Part shown: positions 9,737 through 19,394 of the stretch, piece after piece
Layout: the number at the start of each line of letters is the position of its first letter
Position numbering within the stretch: position 1 is the stretch's first letter
Assembly (NCBI GenBank): GCA_963733055.1
Contig: CAVTBR010000003.1
Location: forward strand, 288,001 to 352,000
Reading direction: 5' to 3'
Origin: Candidatus Bathyarchaeota archaeon
Lineage (GTDB): Archaea > Thermoproteota > Bathyarchaeia > 40CM-2-53-6
DNA: 64,000 nucleotides
Program-made: the position numbers and the translations under genes
Notes under the pieces: generated by a model
The model's input: the letters and a program-made list of their open reading frames with translations, nothing else
The model's database searches: none
What the model was told of the DNA's origin: nothing

Positions 9737-11912
9737 ATGCGCGCCCGCATCCTCATCCTCACACTACTAATCCTCATACCCTTCCTGCTCGTTCCCCGGG
9801 CGCAGGCACAAACCACCCCCCAATACGTAATCCTCTACGCCCACGGCTACGGCAGCTCAGCTACTCTCACCGCCCTCCCACAATCCAACACTCAGAAAGC
9901 TGCGGACCTAACGAACGGCATGGACTTTAAACTCAGCCCCGTTCTCGGTCAAGATTTGCAAATTCAAGGGCCGGTTACGTTCAACGTCTACCTTCGCGCC
10001 AGCGGTCCCTTTGTCGGGACAGTCGGGGCGCAGTTAGCCGAAGTCGCGCCGGGCGGGTTGGAAACGCTCGTACCAGGCGCCAGGGTTGATACATTAATCT
10101 ACTTGAACACCGCGATGATTCCCGTAACCCTCGGTGTTGGACCCGCGATCACATACAAATTCCACGCGGGATCATCGATATTACTTCACATAGGCATTGC
10201 ACAAACCTCGGGAACCGCTAAACCCCTCTTGGTTTGGGACGACGCGAGCGCCCCTACAAGTGTAAAGATCCCGACAGTGGCTCCAGCCGATGTCGAGATC
10301 AAATATTTTGGCCAGAGAAATTTCGGCAGAATATTTGAAGCGGGCGTCAACGGGACTCAAGCGGTTCGCGTCAACGCAACGCTCACCGATGCGATTGGAG
10401 TATATCGGTTTAGCTCCGCCGCACTACGATTTACGGAGCAGAATGGAAGTAGCATCAGCGTACCGCTAAACCCCAAGAACACGACAGATTACTCCACCAC
10501 ATACACTGTTGCCTCGGATTTCGGGGAGGGACAGTGGCAGGGGAGTTTGCTTTTGCATGACTCGAGTGGAAACGATTACTCGTTCACTCAACCGTTTTGG
10601 GTCACCCAGTTCTACCCCGTCTCGATTGTTGTCTTGGCCTCCGACGGATCAAGCCTTTCGAACGCTACGCTAACCGTAGGCTTTGACGCGGAATCATTAT
10701 GGAGGTCGGTAACGAACTCAAGTGGTTGGAGTGCGCTAACGCTACCGTCCACCCAGGTTGTAGGGCCACTGAATCTGACGGTCTCATGGCTCGGCACCGA
10801 ATCTCTATTTCCCCTCGAAGTCACAAACGCCACAACGGTAACACTTCAACTAACGGTGTACTCACCCAGCATCAGAATCACATTACTCAACATCCCCGTG
10901 CCGTTCGCTAACGTAAGCCTCTACCAGACTAGCGAGGTGCAGCACGTGTCGACTGGGTTAGATGGGACTGCAAAATTTAGAAGCATCCCCGCGGGTGACT
11001 ACGTCGCCCGCGTCGACTATCTCTTCACATCATATCAAGCTCCCTCACTTCACGTGGGTCAGAACGGAGTAACCATAATCCAAGTCCCATTTCCTCACCG
11101 GACCATTACAACTACGACCTCTATAGCAATTATCGCAATGGCGTCCGTAGTTTTGATCCGGAGAAAACGAGGCAAACTGTACCCGACAAACTTCAACTAC
11201 TTCGCAGAGTTGACACACGGCGGTTTACCTGAAGCGTGCTTTGTTGTAATCGCCGGAAATTCGGGTTCAGGCAAAACGGTTCTTCTCAACTGCCTCGCCG
11301 CAGAACACCTTGCAACGGGCAGCTCAATCTACATAACCAACACAGAATACCCGGACAAAATTCGTGACGGCATGATGAGGCTTGGAGTAGGAAACGTCCC
11401 CGAAGTGAAGAACCCAGCACGCTTGATGTTCATCGACGCTTACTCAGCCGTGGGTGGAGGGAGTTCGATGGAAGAATTCTCAGTGAATTCACACACCGAT
11501 CTAACAAACCTAGGGATGAGCATATCAAAATGCCTTCAAGTTGCCGGCACTCGCGCGGACATCTACATGGACTCACTGAACCCTCTGACCACAGCGCTCC
11601 GGATTGATTACGTAATCAACTTCCTTCAAACCGTAGCCGCACGAGTCAAAGCAAACAACGGAAAGCTCTGCATAACCGTTGGCGCTGGCATCGATGATCA
11701 TGATATGACGAAACTTGAAGAATCTGCCGACTGCGTGATCGAAACCCAACTCAACGAATCCGGAGGGGGACAACGAAGGCGACTGAGAATAAAGAAACTT
11801 CGAGGCAAACCCTACATCGATCGCTGGACGCAATTCCGCAGTCGAACAAGACAAAGGCATCGTCTTCCTCACGCGAACCAAACCAACCAACCCACCCATC
11901 TTGGCAATCTAA
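9737..11912 (+). CDS. Signal peptide + large beta-rich ectodomain + single TM + cytoplasmic KaiC/RAD55-like ATPase (probable +1 indel near 11836; ORF track runs to 11959)
   Basis: Signal peptide MRARILILTLLIL...AQA; TM followed by RRKR; LTHGGLP, Walker A GNSGSGKT, FIDAYS, YMDSL, KKLRG. Removing one C restores the typical ending WTQFAVEQDKGIVFL...TAA at 11912. Confidence 0.85.
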
Positions 11913-12114
11913 AAGATCTTGGTCCCGAAGAATTAACTACTGCTCAGTTCGTGGCGTAATCAGATCTAATTCGGATTATCTATACGATCCTTTCGTCTGC
12001 CTGCTAGAATATGCTCTCCGACGGCTACTCGGAGAAGTACCTGGCTCCATGGAAAAACCGGTAACGTATGCCAAGCTTTAAGTTCAACTAAAAAATCGTA
12101 TTACTGGAATACAG

Positions 12115-12336
12115 TTGTACGTCGTGAAAGTTAAACAGAAAGGGCAGGTAACACTGCCTGCGGAGATACGGGACAAGATGCGAATCCAAGAGGGGTCCAT
12201 GCTTCAACTGGAGGAGATTGAGGGGGGCATCTTGCTGAGACCTGCAGCACCAATCAAGGCCGGAAAGGTGCGAGGGCCAGATGTCTACAAGAAAGTACTC
12301 AGTGAGCTTGATGAGTTGCGGAGAAACTGGCGTTGA
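12115..12336 (+). CDS. AbrB/MazE/SpoVT-family antitoxin
   Basis: VKVKQKGQVTLPAEIRDKMRI.EG swapped-hairpin signature; 4-nt overlap with the PIN gene. Confidence 0.88.
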   Translation: MYVVKVKQKGQVTLPAEIRDKMRIQEGSMLQLEEIEGGILLRPAAPIKAGKVRGPDVYKKVLSELDELRRNWR

Positions 12337-12728
12337 CTGGCGTTGCGGACACACGCCTGCTGCTCACGTTGGAATTCCCACCAAATGAAAAGATCAAGGG
12401 AGGTATAGAGAAACTTGTAGATAGGGAACTCTCGACACGACTTTTCGCTCCTTCAATAGTGCTCTCTGAATTCATCAAGATAGCGGGACGCAGGATAGGG
12501 GAGGAATCGGCCCTAGTGCGGATCAACCTACTCAAAGAAAGAGGCATGCGGGTTATTGCCGTAGACGAAGAAATGGCAATTGAAGCTGGGAAGACCCTAC
12601 TTACTACATCTGATGTACCGTTTGCTGAGGCTCTGATAGCCTCGCCGGTCAAGCTTGGTAAGGCGGATTATGTTGTTAGCGACGATCCACACTATGAGAA
12701 GATTGGAGTTGATTTGAAATGGATTTGA
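12333..12728 (+). CDS. vapC: PIN-domain (VapC-like) toxin
   Basis: VADT..L, VLSEF, PFAEALI, VVSDDPH acidic PIN motifs; 131 aa. Confidence 0.85.
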   Translation: MTGVADTRLLLTLEFPPNEKIKGGIEKLVDRELSTRLFAPSIVLSEFIKIAGRRIGEESALVRINLLKERGMRVIAVDEEMAIEAGKTLLTTSDVPFAEALIASPVKLGKADYVVSDDPHYEKIGVDLKWI

Positions 12729-12821
12729 AGCACGTGCTTTGGGTAGAGTAACGTAGTCGTGTCATGTTCTGTGGAAGTAACGTTTTCGAGTTCAGTCCAA
12801 TATTCGATCGCTCATGACCGC

Positions 12822-15791
12822 CTATGTGTTGGCAAATTCCCGCGCGTTTCGCATTCCGCCGTCCTTTCGTTTCCGTTTGCCAGCCAAGAGGAGCAATCCG
12901 AATAGGAACCCGAGAATTATTCCTTCTACTGGGAAGCCGGGTATTGCGGGTATGCTTAGCTGAGTTGTGTATGATGCGACATATGTTCCCGGAGCGTTCA
13001 CGGTTAGCGGGCCTTGAGAGGTTCCTCCGGTGGAGTTTCGCCAGCCAGTGAATTTGTAGCTCTCGATTCCGGCCACGATTGTTTGGTTTAGTGATGGGTT
13101 GATTGCTGCGCCTTTCTCGACCCAGGCTTGGTAGTTTGCGTTCGCGGGTAAGGTGTAGGAAGCGTTGTTGAGATTTAGTGTAAGGACTGTAGAGTTGGGT
13201 AATCCACTAGCCGCGAGTGTCACTAAGTATTGTGTGCTCCATTGTGCAGTGATGGTCTTCGCTGAATTTACGCGTAGGGTCACGTTGTTTGATAGACCGG
13301 AAAGGTCGCCGGTCCAGCCGGTGAATGTTCTGCGGGTTGCGTTCGTGTAAGTGATTTGGGAGGGGACACTGATCGCCGCCTGTGTTCCCGCGTCATACCA
13401 GCCGGCGCCGATTGGGGAGCCGTATTGTGATTGTAGTGTGAGTAGATATTGCGTCTTCCACGCGGCTAACAGCCTTGTAGGGGAATTGACTGTAATTTGC
13501 GCTGTAGGGTTATGCCCTAGCGTTGTGGAGTTCCAGCCGTTGAATATCATACGTGTCCCATTCGCATATTGGACAGTGGATTGAACTCCAACTGTGACGA
13601 CGGTGCCGGAGTTATACCAACCTTGACCGCTCGGTGAACCGGTTGGTGAAATTATTGTTACGTAATATTGCTTGATCCAGTTCGCTTGCAGAGTTACTGG
13701 TTTACTCATCGTTACGCTCAGTGAGGTTGAGTTCGAGGCGAGGTCCCCGCTCCAAGAAGAGAACATGAACCTGGAGGCGTTGACGGTAACGTTCGAGGGG
13801 TTGTTGGCGGATACGGTTACGGTCGCGTTAGGTTTGTACCAGGCACTTGGTGTTGTGGTTCCGCCGTTCTGGTTTATGGCTAGCAGGTATTGGGTTGCGT
13901 AAAATGCTTGGAGGACGGTACCTGAGGTTACTGTGACTTGCCTTGGGTTGGCAGTGCTCCCGTCTCCCCATCCAGTGAAACTTTGCCTGACACCCTGGGA
14001 CGTGTTCACTGCTTGCTCAATCTGGACGGTTATTGTTCCGTTCGGGACGCTGGTTTGGAATTGACTTGAAGTTATGTTATACTTTGCACCGTTGATGAGC
14101 ACCCAAACGTTTCCCGTAACGGATACGTTGAGCGGAATGTTGATTGTCAGTGTTGGTCCGACGTTCAACGTGAACGTTGATACGTTATTGGCGCGGTTTG
14201 TATCGTTGATTGTGTTGCCGGGGTCGATTGTTATTTTGAACGTGTGGCTTCCCGCCGTTGAGACCCATGTGAAAGTTGTGGGCGTTGTTGCTCCGGCGCC
14301 TACGGTGACCGTGACGTTAGTGTAGGGTTGTGTGTCGAGGTTTACTGCGACTGGGACATTGTTCGCTGCCTGTGTGCCGTAGTTTGCGATTTGTATGGTA
14401 ATCGTTACCGTTGTGTTGGGGACGGTGATTACTTGTGGTTGGGCTGAAACGCTTGCGATGGCTAAGTCGATGTATGTCTGGTTCTGTTGCTGAATCGGTG
14501 GAGGCTGTCCTCCGCCTCTGTTCACGCTCACTTGGAATGAGTTACCCGTCTGACCCGTGACCGTTACGGACAAACCATTTGCGGTATCGGTGAATGTTTG
14601 CCCGACACTCCATGTAGCCTCATTTAGTTGCGATACACTCGGGTGGCCATTAATGACCCTCACCTTACCAATCAGCTGCGTACTGTCTACGTAAAGTATC
14701 AGCACCCCAGCCGCTGGGAGGCCTGAGTCGTAACCCGTCCCCGATCTAACCTCAATCAAATAATACTTGCTCGCCGGCACGCCAGTACCCAACGGTACCT
14801 CAACGGCGTGAACGCTACTGCTCGCAACCTCAGTAGGAATTATCGTGAAAGTGGACGTCACTCCGCTACTCGCTGTTGTGACCATCGACCCGCTCATAAA
14901 TCCTAATTGTAATTTTGACCAAGCGTCCATGTGCGATGGGCTTGAGCCCGGTGGGTTACCATTCCACAAGCCCTTATCCATCAAAGACCATGGGCCCATG
15001 ATAGTCTGACCTGTATTCGTATTGTAGAGATCAGGAAGACCTAATTGATGACCGAACTCATGGCAGTAGACTCCCAGCGGAACAGCTCCTCCTGCCTCCA
15101 TTTCTGGGACGATATTGAATTTTGTTAACGTTATTCCGTTCGAACAAGCGGTTGGGGTTGGTCGCACGTATACCCCACCCAGGTAAGTAACTGACCAGAC
15201 GTCGTCCTTAACGCCGCTCGACTCTTCCCCGTTCCCCGAATGCAAGAAGATGAAATAGTCGTAGTTTGCGAAGTTAATGTCCTTACACGCGAGATTGTAT
15301 GCGTCCTGCGCTATTTGCCACGACGCATCTTGGCCATCGCATCCCGCGTCATCTATAGCAAGGCAATCCTTTCCATAGTGGGCCTCAGCGTAGGGAAGCT
15401 TGTACCATCCGAAAACGTCACCCGTTATCGTGACTTTTCCATACGAGTCCTCAAGATAGTAGGAAGCCACCGATTGGCTGGAACCGAAATATTCCGACCT
15501 GATCTTGCTCGTGCTAACTGAAAAATTAATGTCAGTGAAGTAAGATGCGATTATCGCGAGCTTCAAAGTACCCGAAATCGGCGCCGGGTTAGCAACATAC
15601 CCAAGGGTTGGAACAGGTAGAGGCATGGCCGGTAGCGGAGTTGAATTTGACTTAGTCGATAATGCGGGTTCGTATACGGCCGTCGGGCGAATAGTCGTGG
15701 CGGCTGCCACGTGTGAACCGCTTGGTACGAAGACAAGCGCGAAGAGAACGAGTGCGACCACGATAATCTTCCGTACGATTTCTAATGCCAT
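12822..15791 (-). CDS. M6 (immune inhibitor A-like) metalloprotease with CARDB domain, stalk repeats and a C-terminal IPGFP sorting signal
   Basis: YY.EDSYGK, HSGNGEE, zinc motif HEFGHQLGLPDLY, WSLMDKG, YYLIEVR; CARDB-like DP.NTI.D.N.ANN; ends AIPGFP-TM-KRKR. Start taken as ATG 15791 (MALEIV..., signal peptide). Confidence 0.88.
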   Translation of the reverse strand: MALEIVRKIIVVALVLFALVFVPSGSHVAAATTIRPTAVYEPALSTKSNSTPLPAMPLPVPTLGYVANPAPISGTLKLAIIASYFTDINFSVSTSKIRSEYFGSSQSVASYYLEDSYGKVTITGDVFGWYKLPYAEAHYGKDCLAIDDAGCDGQDASWQIAQDAYNLACKDINFANYDYFIFLHSGNGEESSGVKDDVWSVTYLGGVYVRPTPTACSNGITLTKFNIVPEMEAGGAVPLGVYCHEFGHQLGLPDLYNTNTGQTIMGPWSLMDKGLWNGNPPGSSPSHMDAWSKLQLGFMSGSMVTTASSGVTSTFTIIPTEVASSSVHAVEVPLGTGVPASKYYLIEVRSGTGYDSGLPAAGVLILYVDSTQLIGKVRVINGHPSVSQLNEATWSVGQTFTDTANGLSVTVTGQTGNSFQVSVNRGGGQPPPIQQQNQTYIDLAIASVSAQPQVITVPNTTVTITIQIANYGTQAANNVPVAVNLDTQPYTNVTVTVGAGATTPTTFTWVSTAGSHTFKITIDPGNTINDTNRANNVSTFTLNVGPTLTINIPLNVSVTGNVWVLINGAKYNITSSQFQTSVPNGTITVQIEQAVNTSQGVRQSFTGWGDGSTANPRQVTVTSGTVLQAFYATQYLLAINQNGGTTTPSAWYKPNATVTVSANNPSNVTVNASRFMFSSWSGDLASNSTSLSVTMSKPVTLQANWIKQYYVTIISPTGSPSGQGWYNSGTVVTVGVQSTVQYANGTRMIFNGWNSTTLGHNPTAQITVNSPTRLLAAWKTQYLLTLQSQYGSPIGAGWYDAGTQAAISVPSQITYTNATRRTFTGWTGDLSGLSNNVTLRVNSAKTITAQWSTQYLVTLAASGLPNSTVLTLNLNNASYTLPANANYQAWVEKGAAINPSLNQTIVAGIESYKFTGWRNSTGGTSQGPLTVNAPGTYVASYTTQLSIPAIPGFPVEGIILGFLFGLLLLAGKRKRKDGGMRNAREFANT

Positions 15792-17816
15792 AGTCTCGCC
15801 GACCGAAGAGATAAGAGACGTGCAGGCGCGACGAAGATGGAGTGTTGGAGTGTGGCTACGAGGCTTTGCAATGCAGCAACGCTTGAGCTCAGGAAGATTA
15901 AGGCTAGTGAGATGGCCCAAACAATTGCAAGAGGGGTCAGGGTCTTGATGTTTGGTTGGCGTTTTGTTCTTGCTGATCGGTAGAACATTGCGACCGCGCT
16001 GACTGGGAGGACGTAGATCAGGCCAATGAACAGGCTTCCCAGTAGATAACCCGCTATTGGGGATCCGCCTGGGACGATAAACGCCGCTAGCAAATATCCG
16101 AACTTTGCCAGGGTTGCGGTGAGGCTGATCATCGGTGTCAGTTGCGGAATACTCCTTCCGATCATTAAACCATTACTCAAGAAAACAGAGGAGAGATCTG
16201 CATTGACCGTCATCGGTGTCGGAACTTGGTTTGATTTCAAACCAATGGCCGGAGCGCTACTAGGCGAGGCAGAGTACATCAGCCAAATGGTAATTGGTTG
16301 TGTGACATCAACGATTCCGCCAAATGTCTGGTTGTCCGCGCGGAGTTCCGAGAATGAGTAGTTCCCGGTCGGGGCCTGAACATGCTGATTTTGAACTGTA
16401 ATGGTCAACTGTTGATTCGCATCGACCCATTCCGTGATCGGGGTCGGGCCGGTGAGGGTGACTGGCTGATCACCGACGAGCACGTTTGTGCTGGCGTTCG
16501 CGGGTAACCCCGGTGCGCTTATGCTGAGGGCGTACTGCGTTTTCCATTCTGCGGTCACCTGCTTCCCAGAGTTCATAATCAACCACCCTCCGGGTGAAGT
16601 GGAATTCGAATCCCCATTCCACTGCAAAAAGACACGCCTAGTCCCGTTTCCAAAATCAAGAGTGCGATTACTCACAGTGAAAGTAGCGTTTGCCCCGGCC
16701 AAATACCAACCCGAACCTTGCGGGGCTCCGTAAGGGCTGTTGACGTTAAGCGCGTATTGATCGGTATACTTCGCCGTAATATCCAATGATGAGTTCATGA
16801 CAACTCTAAGCGGATTTGATTTTCCAAATTTGCCCCAATCAGAGAAGGTCAACTTCGAATTGTCGGGCCCGGGAATGTCCGACGGAACCTGCAAGGTTAT
16901 CCCTCCTCCAGGCACCGAGGCAGAGAGAACTCCCTTCTGGTTGGCTTGAAACGGGAACCCATCCACCGACACCATCAGATTCGGTACCCCGGTTCTTACG
17001 GTAACTTGATTTACGAAGTCACCTAACCGCCAACGTGCGTTTACGCTGATCCCGTTGAGTTTCAGGTAATCGTTCAACCGAAGCTGATGTTCAATGATAA
17101 CATGCGATGCGTCGCTGTTCTGCATGTAGAGAATCGCAAAATAATAGTTGCCTGCGGCATCTGTAAGGAGAGACCAGACTTCGTTGTAATCATTGGCACC
17201 GGTAAAGTATTGGTTGTAGAGCGGGTAGATCGTTAGTGCGTTTGTTCCATTCAGCCACGTACCGGACGTTGATGTGAGGTATAGCTGCGGGCCGAGCGCA
17301 GAGAGACCGTTCGTAACCTTAGCAACGGCTGGGATGCTTAGTTTCGGAAGTACTGGGGGACTCGCGGCTACCGTTCGATTGTAGACATGCTGAATGCCTT
17401 GAAACGTCCAAACCTGAATGTTGTTGGAAGCGTAGTCGTACCAGCGTAAGATGAACGGTTCGTTTGTGGAGTTGGTTAGGTAGAGAAAGCCTATCCGGAA
17501 GTTGGTCGCGGTGACGTTGACTAAGAAGAATATGTACTCTTTACCAGTGGGCCATTGAGATGTCACGTATCCCCAAGGCGTTAATCCCATCGATAGGTAA
17601 TCGTTTGCCGACAAAGTGCCACCCTGTGGTGAAATGCGGAGCGTGTACGCGCTCTGCCGTTCCGCCGGCATAGAAGTCCAGAAGCTGGTTCTGCCCCGGT
17701 GTCCCTGGTGAAGGGATGGTAAGATAGGCTTGTGCGCCGACGTACGGAAGTATGCTACCGAGCAGCATCAATGCGAACAGTAAACCGAAACAAACCTTTG
17801 GAGTCCTAACGCCCAT
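15782..17816 (-). CDS. Secreted/membrane surface protein with stalk repeats and C-terminal TM helices (one frameshift near 17655)
   Basis: ORF 17541-17816 supplies the signal peptide (MGVRTPKVCFGLLFALMLL...VGA); ORF 15782-17671 continues the body with the QYAL..SPYG.PQGSGWY repeat and 3-4 C-terminal TMs. Confidence 0.7.
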
Positions 17817-18007
17817 ACCTATTGCCTGGAGTCATTTCCGAACTCGCTCAGACATCGGTAGGCATGTACCTTACCCACTTCTCTCGTTAAATGTCCATGC
17901 CGCAAATGCCGCGGCAATTGCCATGTCCATGTGCAGCTATCCCAAACTGATAGAAACCGTTGCACAACCTTTATTGGAACTTTCCAAGGTTAACCTAGTG
18001 ACGTGCC

Positions 18008-18487
18008 ATGAAGCCGACCCGGTACCTTCTCTTAGCGGGACTGACGATCGGAATGTTACTTCTAGGTACGGAACTGGCTAGTGTTAGCGCACAGCCGCAC
18101 GTCCAACAGGTATGGGGTGCGGGTGGCGGAGAAATCGTCGGCGCGGTTTATGGCATGACGTGGGATGATCAGCTTACCCCCATAGCGTGGGCTACAGTGA
18201 ACACGAACAACGGACGAACTACATTCGTAGCCTACAGTAGCGGAGGCGGCGATTACCAAATGTACCTCCCCCAAGGAACGTATAACGTCACAGTCGTCCA
18301 ACCAGGTTACGTACCGCAAAGTAGCGCCGTAGCCGTTGCACCTGGATCAGCGAGCACCATAAACTGGTATCTGGAAGAATCACACGTCCCAGTACCCGAG
18401 TTCCCATCAGGAATGGCATCAGCTATAGCCATCCTCGCGTTGGCCGCAGTCCTTGTCGCTGCGAGACGGACCAAACGCACGAAGTAA
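18008..18487 (+). CDS. Small secreted carboxypeptidase-regulatory-like domain protein with a PEF-CTERM-type sorting signal
   Basis: Signal peptide; LPQGTYNVTVVQPGY; ends VPVPEFP-hydrophobic helix-RRTKRTK. Confidence 0.85.
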   Translation: MKPTRYLLLAGLTIGMLLLGTELASVSAQPHVQQVWGAGGGEIVGAVYGMTWDDQLTPIAWATVNTNNGRTTFVAYSSGGGDYQMYLPQGTYNVTVVQPGYVPQSSAVAVAPGSASTINWYLEESHVPVPEFPSGMASAIAILALAAVLVAARRTKRTK

Positions 18488-18686
18488 ACCCCCACCTCTC
18501 CCACTCGTCTCTTCGTGGAGAATATGCCGCATTCACGAGGATTTCGTTGAACCGGGCGACGGAAACTTGATTCGTCGCAGAAACACAATTCGCACCCGCA
18601 CTACGCGTCGCTGGGCGACATCACACTCCCTTCAGTCTGTAGAATCCAGCAAGATTGATAATGCCCAAGCGTCGAGAATTGGGAGT

Positions 18687-19232
18687 ATGGAACCTAGCGC
18701 TTTTCACAAGGCTGCGGCTTTCGAGATCCTGAGGTTTCTTGGGATCACTTCCGCGATAGCTCTTGCATTCTACTATATCCCCAATTACTGGTTCCTAGAG
18801 AACATTACCGCCCAACACTCCGCCCTAGTGATGAACATGATTGGGATGAGGGCCACGGTTTGGTATCAGGGAGGCGAAGTTTTCGTAAACCAGTTTGATG
18901 TCCAGAGAATGTGCACCGGAGTACAAGTAATCGCTGTCTTTCTCGGAATCATCGTTGCACTTCCCAAAACCGCATTGAAGAAGAAAGTTCTAGCATTCGG
19001 GATCATAGCCATCAGCGTCTATCTCGCGAACATCGGAAGAATCGTTCTCGAGATCTGGCTACTATACAGCGGTACCCTACCCTGGTCGCTCGCCCATTAT
19101 CCAACCGGACTCATCCTGGGAGTTTTTGCCGTTGCTTTCCTGGTTGTTGTAGCGGATCATTTCATGCCCGCCATTGGTGACATGGCGCTCTCGGCGCTCG
19201 ATGGGTTCAGGAAACCAACATCGTCAAAGTAG
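18687..19232 (+). CDS. Archaeosortase (exosortase/archaeosortase family)
   Basis: Multi-TM protein with catalytic Cys in RMCTG, N..R in LANIGRIV, His in LAHYP; start taken as ATG 18687 behind GGGAG. Confidence 0.88.
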   Translation: MEPSAFHKAAAFEILRFLGITSAIALAFYYIPNYWFLENITAQHSALVMNMIGMRATVWYQGGEVFVNQFDVQRMCTGVQVIAVFLGIIVALPKTALKKKVLAFGIIAISVYLANIGRIVLEIWLLYSGTLPWSLAHYPTGLILGVFAVAFLVVVADHFMPAIGDMALSALDGFRKPTSSK

Positions 19233-19394
19233 CTCTGCCAGATCGAAGGTCGCGGTTCAATCAATCCGTCCGTCGTCAGCACGGCCATAGCAGTGCATGA
19301 TTGACAAGAGCGTGCGTGTTCAATTCATATAATATTCCGTCCGGTTTAGCGATTAGGTCATGGTTAGTCGCATAGAAATGCTGGAATTGATTAC

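Noticed and set aside
4140-11912. Circadian clock (kaiABC)
   Set aside because: Both KaiC-like domains are single-domain, lack the cyanobacterial ST phosphosite context, and no kaiA/kaiB is present in the window
15792-15920. Longer N-terminus of the M6 protease given by the ORF track
   Set aside because: It lies inside the upstream gene; the signal peptide begins at ATG 15791
18453-18686. 78-aa N-terminal extension of the archaeosortase and small hairpins in this gap
   Set aside because: The extension overlaps the upstream gene and looks non-coding, ATG 18687 has an SD, and the hairpins are short and match no RNA family I recognise
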